From: a virus
Length of the DNA: 64,000 nt
Strand: one strand, 5' to 3'
IMG/VR virus record: IMGVR_UViG_3300002026_000029
Location: 1 to 64,000 of that record
This document shows positions 59,751-64,000 of the stretch, in pieces (position 1 is the first letter of the stretch; every line of letters starts with the position of its first letter). The position numbers and the translations under genes were made by a program. The notes under the pieces were generated by a model, which worked only from the letters and a program-made list of their open reading frames with translations, ran no database searches and had not been told where the DNA came from.

Positions 59751-59763
59751 TTGTTATTTCCTT

Positions 59764-60141
59764 TTATATCTCTGCTACAAACTCACAGCAAATGTGCTCT
59801 AGTAAGTAATTGTAGATTTTTGTACCTAATAGGTAATCAGCGTAATCTGAGGCATGTTTTTTCCATATAGCTGGTAATTCTGGATTGTACTCAGCCATAA
59901 TTTTATCATTGTAACATGTATTAGTACTAAAGAAAGCATTTAATAATAGTATGTTTTCTTCGCCTACTGCAGCTATAATATAATCCAGTTCTGCTCTAAC
60001 AGTATCAATATCTTTTTTTTTATAGTAGTAAGTTATGTAATTAGGTTCGTGTCCTTGTACTCCAAATCTATCTGCTGCATTTGAATACTGAACTCCAAAT
60101 AAAAACTTTCCTTCTATATCTCCTGAGTAGTATCTACCCAT
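59764..60141 (-). CDS. Conserved phage hypothetical protein
   Basis: MGRYYSGDIEGKF.FGVQ.S..ADRFG; ATG at 60141 with AGGAG RBS. Confidence 0.7.
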   Translation of the reverse strand: MGRYYSGDIEGKFLFGVQYSNAADRFGVQGHEPNYITYYYKKKDIDTVRAELDYIIAAVGEENILLLNAFFSTNTCYNDKIMAEYNPELPAIWKKHASDYADYLLGTKIYNYLLEHICCEFVAEI

Positions 60142-60285
60142 ATTATATCTCCTGTATACATATATATATATATCATCTAGCACATAACTTACACTTTACC
60201 ACAAATTCAAACGGTATCAGCAATATTATTTACTTTTTTTGCTTAATAGATGGTATCATATTATTGTCAAATATTTTATTTTTTT

Positions 60286-60650
60286 TTAGCTTATTCTTGT
60301 GTCATTATTTTCAGCTTTGTAATATACTTCAGTATCTAATGTTTTAGCATACTCTATTGCTTTATCATGAGTATATCCAGTGTCCGTTGACTTTGCCCAC
60401 TCTAGTCCAAATTTACCATCACGCACGCACCTAACATAATACTTATTAGATTTATAGTCGGTGCTGCCATTACCGTCGTTGAAATAGATAGTCCAAACAT
60501 AGCCCGCAGCGAAAACATCGGGCGAACTAGACCAATAATAGTCGGATCTAGTATCTTCTACATCAGAAGTAGGGCTATGTTTTTTATAGTTAACTAAAGT
60601 GAATAACTCCTTTATTGTAGGTAGTCTCCAATCGTTATATTTTCCATCAT
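60286..60650 (-). pseudogene. Circularly permuted DUF1566/Lcl domain gene lacking an in-frame ATG (frameshifted start), not in the ORF track
   Basis: NDWRLPTIKELFTL...YYWSSS...VWTIYFNDG...YYVRCVRDGKFGLEWAKS...AIEYAKTL. ATGs at 60647 and 60650 are one base out of frame. Confidence 0.7.
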
Positions 60651-60713
60651 TTATATTTTCTTCTAAAATCCACTGACATGATGCAAATATTGCATCTGGT
60701 TCTGTATCAAAAA

Positions 60714-60932
60714 CTATTCCATTAGCATCACCACATGTTTGCTGTAATTTTTCTCAGATAATACTCTACTTGTATTAATAATGAATTTATTACTAAATGC
60801 CCACTCTTTACACAAATGAATTAAATCGTGTGTAGATAAGTAGCATTCACCATTTGTGATTTGGTTAATCTTATAGTCTTTATAAGAACCTGCTATTCCA
60901 GTTACTGCTGTGAATAGTTCATCTGTTATCAT
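60714..60932 (-). CDS. Hypothetical protein, probably frameshifted
   Basis: HDLIHLCKEWA motif. Its expected C-terminal partner motif TEPDAIFASCQWIL lies in the -1 frame at ~60660-60710. Confidence 0.5.
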   Translation of the reverse strand: MITDELFTAVTGIAGSYKDYKINQITNGECYLSTHDLIHLCKEWAFSNKFIINTSRVLSEKNYSKHVVMLME

Positions 60933-61207
60933 AACGATTCCTTTGTGTTGAATATAATATAATGTGAGGGTAATGTTAAAATATCTTTTACTACATTTTG
61001 ATACTTTAACTTTTCTTCCAGTGTCTTGAAATGATCACTTTTATCAGAATATGTCATTTGCAATAATGTCCAAAGAGTATCTTTAGCTATAGTAAACCAG
61101 TTATCTTGTACGTTTATAGTATCACAATGAGCTTTAAATGTTTTGATTATTTTCGCATCAATACTGTTTGCATCAATTTCTATCATCGATATTTGAGTAG
61201 TTTTCAT
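60929..61207 (-). CDS. Hypothetical protein
   Basis: 92 aa with AAGGA RBS. Confidence 0.55.
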   Translation of the reverse strand: MKTTQISMIEIDANSIDAKIIKTFKAHCDTINVQDNWFTIAKDTLWTLLQMTYSDKSDHFKTLEEKLKYQNVVKDILTLPSHYIIFNTKESL

Positions 61208-61216
61208 CTTATTCCT

Positions 61217-61408
61217 TTAATTTAAGTCAGTACTATTTGTAAGCAATTGCTGAATTATATACTCAGTGCTGTACCAATTAGGGGTGTTATCAACGATTAA
61301 GTACACATATTCATGATTAAATTTATAATTATCTACTTTTAATACTTTATAAACTTTATAGGTCATATAGTTAAAACTAACCCAATCACCTACTTTAAAC
61401 TTATTCAT
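61217..61408 (-). CDS. Hypothetical protein (KFKVGD SH3/KOW-like start)
   Basis: MNKFKVGDWV. Confidence 0.5.
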   Translation of the reverse strand: MNKFKVGDWVSFNYMTYKVYKVLKVDNYKFNHEYVYLIVDNTPNWYSTEYIIQQLLTNSTDLN

Positions 61409-61413
61409 ACTAT

Positions 61414-61680
61414 TTACTGTACTTCTAAATGCTCGGTATACTTAACTTTGTATATCTCAAGTATTTTATTTGTTGTTTTGTCTAATTTTATAAGTCTATT
61501 GAATGTACATACATAAGCATTCTTGTAGCGTACTATGTCCTCAACATGATTTATTGACAGAACTACTATGAAATTATCATCATACCCTTCCCTATCATAG
61601 TAGAATCTAGCATAATAATTTGTGTAATCTATTTTTCTAAGTACACATATAATGTCTTCCCATGTTGGTGTATTCATCAT
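61414..61680 (-). CDS. Hypothetical protein
   Basis: 88 aa with AAAGGA RBS. Confidence 0.5.
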   Translation of the reverse strand: MMNTPTWEDIICVLRKIDYTNYYARFYYDREGYDDNFIVVLSINHVEDIVRYKNAYVCTFNRLIKLDKTTNKILEIYKVKYTEHLEVQ

Positions 61681-62059
61681 TTATCCTTTTTGTTTCTTCG
61701 ATTTTAACGTATAGATAATGTTCTTTTCCATTATTGTTACACTCCAGTTCTTTTTCTGTATACCATCCTAATAATAGTTCTGTTGCTCTCATTTCTGCAC
61801 CTTTGTAGTAATCTCCTATGGATGCTTTATTTTGTGAGCATTTAACAAGTCTATACCACTGATATTCGTAAACTGGTTCTGGTGGTTGTTTTAATAGACA
61901 TTTAGTAAAATCTCTCTCATACTTTACTAACCCTCTAACTGCTGCATGTGACCACATACATGGATATTTTGCACTGCTTACATCAAATTGTTCAGGTATG
62001 TGGTACCTGCACCCAATACAGAATGAGTAGTTACCTTTGTTTGTTGGCGTCACGGTCAT
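61637..62059 (-). CDS. Hypothetical protein (Cys-containing)
   Basis: 140 aa, CIGC..., PVYEYQW. Confidence 0.5.
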   Translation of the reverse strand: MTVTPTNKGNYSFCIGCRYHIPEQFDVSSAKYPCMWSHAAVRGLVKYERDFTKCLLKQPPEPVYEYQWYRLVKCSQNKASIGDYYKGAEMRATELLLGWYTEKELECNNNGKEHYLYVKIEETKRINDEYTNMGRHYMCT

Positions 62060-62125
62060 CCTTTATAATTTAAGTACTATAAGATAGCATTAATATGTTA
62101 TCTATAAAGGACTTTTAGTAGAGTT

Positions 62126-62209
62126 TGGTGGGTAAGCATCATTCAATTTTTTTGTACAGAAATCTCTTCCGTTATGAGCGGAAGGTGTTTACTATTAAGC
62201 TATGTGTCC
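62126..62209 (-). pseudogene. Degenerate tRNA-Met/Ile2 (CAT)
   Basis: GGACACA-TA-GCTT-AATAGT-AAAC and a perfect anticodon arm TTCCG-CTCATAA-CGGAA. The T arm is lost; ends in CCACCA. Confidence 0.55.
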
Positions 62210-62215
62210 TTATTG

Positions 62216-62294
62216 TGGTGAATACAGGTAGGATTTTCACCTACAATTCCTTAGCGTAAGCCATGGTGTTTCTAATTTTTAAACTACAGTATTC
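62216..62294 (-). tRNA. tRNA-like element with 8-bp acceptor, encoded CCA and non-canonical anticodon arm
   Basis: GAATACTG-TA-GTTT..AAAC-A-CCATGGC-TTAC-GCTAAGG-AATT-GTAGG-TGAAAAT-CCTAC-CTGTATTC-A-CCA. Confidence 0.55.
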
Positions 62295-62308
62295 CTATAT
62301 TTATATTT

Positions 62309-62389
62309 GTGTGAAGACTGGTAGGGCTCGAACCTGCAACCACCAAACCTAAGCAAGGTACTCTACCAATTGAGCTTATTACAGTCTTC
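62309..62389 (-). tRNA. tRNA-like element with 8-bp acceptor and non-canonical anticodon arm
   Basis: GAAGACTG..AGCTCAATTGGTAGAGT-ACCT-TGCTT-AGGT..GCAGG-TTCGAGC-CCTAC-CAGTCTTC-A. Confidence 0.55.
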
Positions 62390-62519
62390 ATATATTTAAT
62401 GCTTTGTGAAATACACAACATAATGGTGGTGTATTCTTACACAGGATTTGAACACACTTCTTGCTCTGGTATCTAGCCAATGTGTACTTCATTAAAAGTT
62501 AAATAACTTCTCAATGCAA

Positions 62520-62810
62520 TTATCTGTTAGTTGCAACAAAAAAAACAGATACACTAAATAAATTATTTAACTTAACATAGTATAGGGACTTCCACCATAT
62601 AACTTTAGATTTGTAGCATATATTATAAGCATCTAAACTCTTACTGTTGACATACCTTGTGTCTTTAAGCTTTGTACCATAAATACAAAACAATTCTTTT
62701 TGAAGAGTTTTTATACTTAAAGTATAGTATTTACCAGATTTCGTCACTATGTTAATTTTATAATAATTTGCTGTGTGTGTGTTATTTTGGAGTTGAACCA
62801 GAAAGTCCAT
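62520..62810 (-). CDS. Possible hypothetical protein (start doubtful)
   Basis: 96-aa ORF whose 5' end overlaps a T-loop RNA structure. Confidence 0.3.
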   Translation of the reverse strand: MDFLVQLQNNTHTANYYKINIVTKSGKYYTLSIKTLQKELFCIYGTKLKDTRYVNSKSLDAYNICYKSKVIWWKSLYYVKLNNLFSVSVFFVATNR

Positions 62811-63200
62811 AAGCGTTATCTCGCCAATAACACATCAAATACAGGACTTTCACCTGATGTTAAGGATAGCCTTTATCTCACTTATCTAGGTTTTGCTACG
62901 CAGGAACCTTAACCCATAGGATATTCGTTTAAGGTACGATGATTTGAACCTTTGGTAGTATTCTTTTATATAGCGTCGTACTGCTGGACAACGCTTAGAC
63001 GTACAGTTCTCAACACTGGTAGGAGGGCTACATATTATTTTACGCTCAACTTTTCGGATACTGTGTGAGCCTCATTGAGTAATGGTAGCACATTCTCAAC
63101 GCAGTCAGCTAGGCACGTTGTACCTATAGATTGCTTCTTAACTGGAATCAATACCCTAACAACCTACCTAAGCAATTTCAGTAGGCTGTAAGAGATATTG
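62778..63200 (-). ncRNA. Putative structured non-coding RNA region with multiple T-loop modules
   Basis: About 400 nt with no long ORF. T-loop hairpins TGG-TTCAACT-CCA and CAGG-TGAAAGT-CCTG, a GGTTCAAATC motif, and the closing helix TGTGTTATT/AATAACACA. Confidence 0.4.
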
Positions 63201-63210
63201 TGTATAGTAG

Positions 63211-63232
63211 TACTAGAGTGTACACTCTAGTA
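63211..63232. terminator. Perfect 22-bp palindrome after the ORF 63241 stop
   Basis: TACTAGAGTGTACACTCTAGTA. Confidence 0.55.
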
Positions 63233-63240
63233 ATTACTGA

Positions 63241-63906
63241 CTACTTCGCATTAAAACTTAATTCTGGGTAAACCTCAGCTTCAAATTTAGCTTTAAGATT
63301 AGTTAGGTTTCTATTTGCAGTCTCTGCTTTTATGTACTCCATAATAGATGCAGAAGCATCGTTTATATCGGATAAGAATCTAAGAGCTTTGGCATTCCCT
63401 GATGCATGAATAGGAGCTGCGATTATTGTATAAAATGGTTTCCAGTCTTCTAATAAGAAATAGGCTTGTGTCATCTTCTCAGTAAATTCAGTACGGCCTT
63501 CAGGATGAAGTTTTTGAGCCATGTATATGTCGTCTTCAGATAGGCTGTGCTCATCAAGTAACCATTCGTGTAGAGCTTTCTTTTTCATTGTTTCAATAGA
63601 TATTGCAGCATCACTCATTTTCTTAGGAAGAGTCCCTGTAGTTTCACATGCACGTTTAAGATTATCAGCTGTTGGCTTACCAAACTTAGCAAGACATACA
63701 TCCATTAAGGCCATTGCATCCTCAATGTTGTCCGGTATATACTCAGCTGCTGATAGAGATAAGGCAACATAGAATTTAGCTTTTATAGCTTCTAGTATAG
63801 GACGCTTTTGTAAGTATGAGATATACGTTTGTGCTGTTTCAGTTGTGTACCCTAAATCTGGGATAGCTTGATCGAAGCTCTGCTGAGAGAGATTAGTAAA
63901 TAGCAT
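63241..63906 (-). CDS. Hypothetical protein (may start further upstream)
   Basis: 221-aa co-oriented ORF. Confidence 0.6.
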   Translation of the reverse strand: MLFTNLSQQSFDQAIPDLGYTTETAQTYISYLQKRPILEAIKAKFYVALSLSAAEYIPDNIEDAMALMDVCLAKFGKPTADNLKRACETTGTLPKKMSDAAISIETMKKKALHEWLLDEHSLSEDDIYMAQKLHPEGRTEFTEKMTQAYFLLEDWKPFYTIIAAPIHASGNAKALRFLSDINDASASIMEYIKAETANRNLTNLKAKFEAEVYPELSFNAK

Positions 63907-64000
63907 GAAGAAGATTTCACCTCTACCATAATTTAACAGTTCCTGTGAAAAAATGTCAACTCGTTGTAGTTGTTCTTTTGCCCACTCTACATCTATTATA

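Noticed and set aside
60155-60175. (AT)n microsatellite and nearby A/T homopolymers as a phase-variation switch
   Set aside because: Lies upstream of the likely true start (60141) in an AT-rich spacer; no evidence of function.
62309-62389. Functional tRNA-Leu(TAG)
   Set aside because: A CT-TAG-GT loop can be drawn, but the stem pairs poorly, there is no long variable arm, and extra bases follow the acceptor.
1-64000. Prophage/integration module or complete DGR
   Set aside because: No integrase, repressor cassette, host genes, reverse transcriptase or template repeat recognised in this window.

Overview
A 64-kb segment of an AT-rich, apparently lytic dsDNA phage related to the N4-like podoviruses (Schitoviridae), but divergent. 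The + strand arm (1-27.8 kb) holds virion genes: an N4 gp55-like protein, tail fibres and a chaperone, membrane/ejection proteins and a virion lysozyme. It also holds an N4-type virion RNA polymerase (vRNAP) encoded as three separate genes rather than one ~3,500-aa polyprotein. The - strand arm (27.8-64 kb) holds replication and nucleotide-metabolism genes: SF1 helicase, PhoH, ClpP-like protease, DNA ligase, NrdAB, RNA ligase, SSB, Sak4, exonuclease, resolvase, primase/helicase, T7-like PolA, ThyX and a MoxR-AAA/VWA pair. Many small early genes and a cluster of tRNA-like elements follow. TGnTATAAT promoters and AAGGA RBSs suggest a Campylobacterota host (inference). Most striking observations: (1) the three vRNAP pieces are almost cysteine-free except for single Cys residues at the facing termini, which suggests a head-to-tail disulfide-linked ejection chain; (2) the RNAP piece carries a string of cargo domains (NADAR, macro-like, metallopeptidase, Dda-like helicase); (3) PolA is split into two genes ~7 kb apart; (4) five unrelated ORFs share an N-terminal MTxFEYxI tag around the AAA/VWA pair; (5) two circularly permuted DUF1566 domains, one with a DGR-like variable region; (6) tRNA mimics with 8-bp acceptor stems and no canonical anticodon loop. 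All family assignments are by eye from motifs; no database searches were run.
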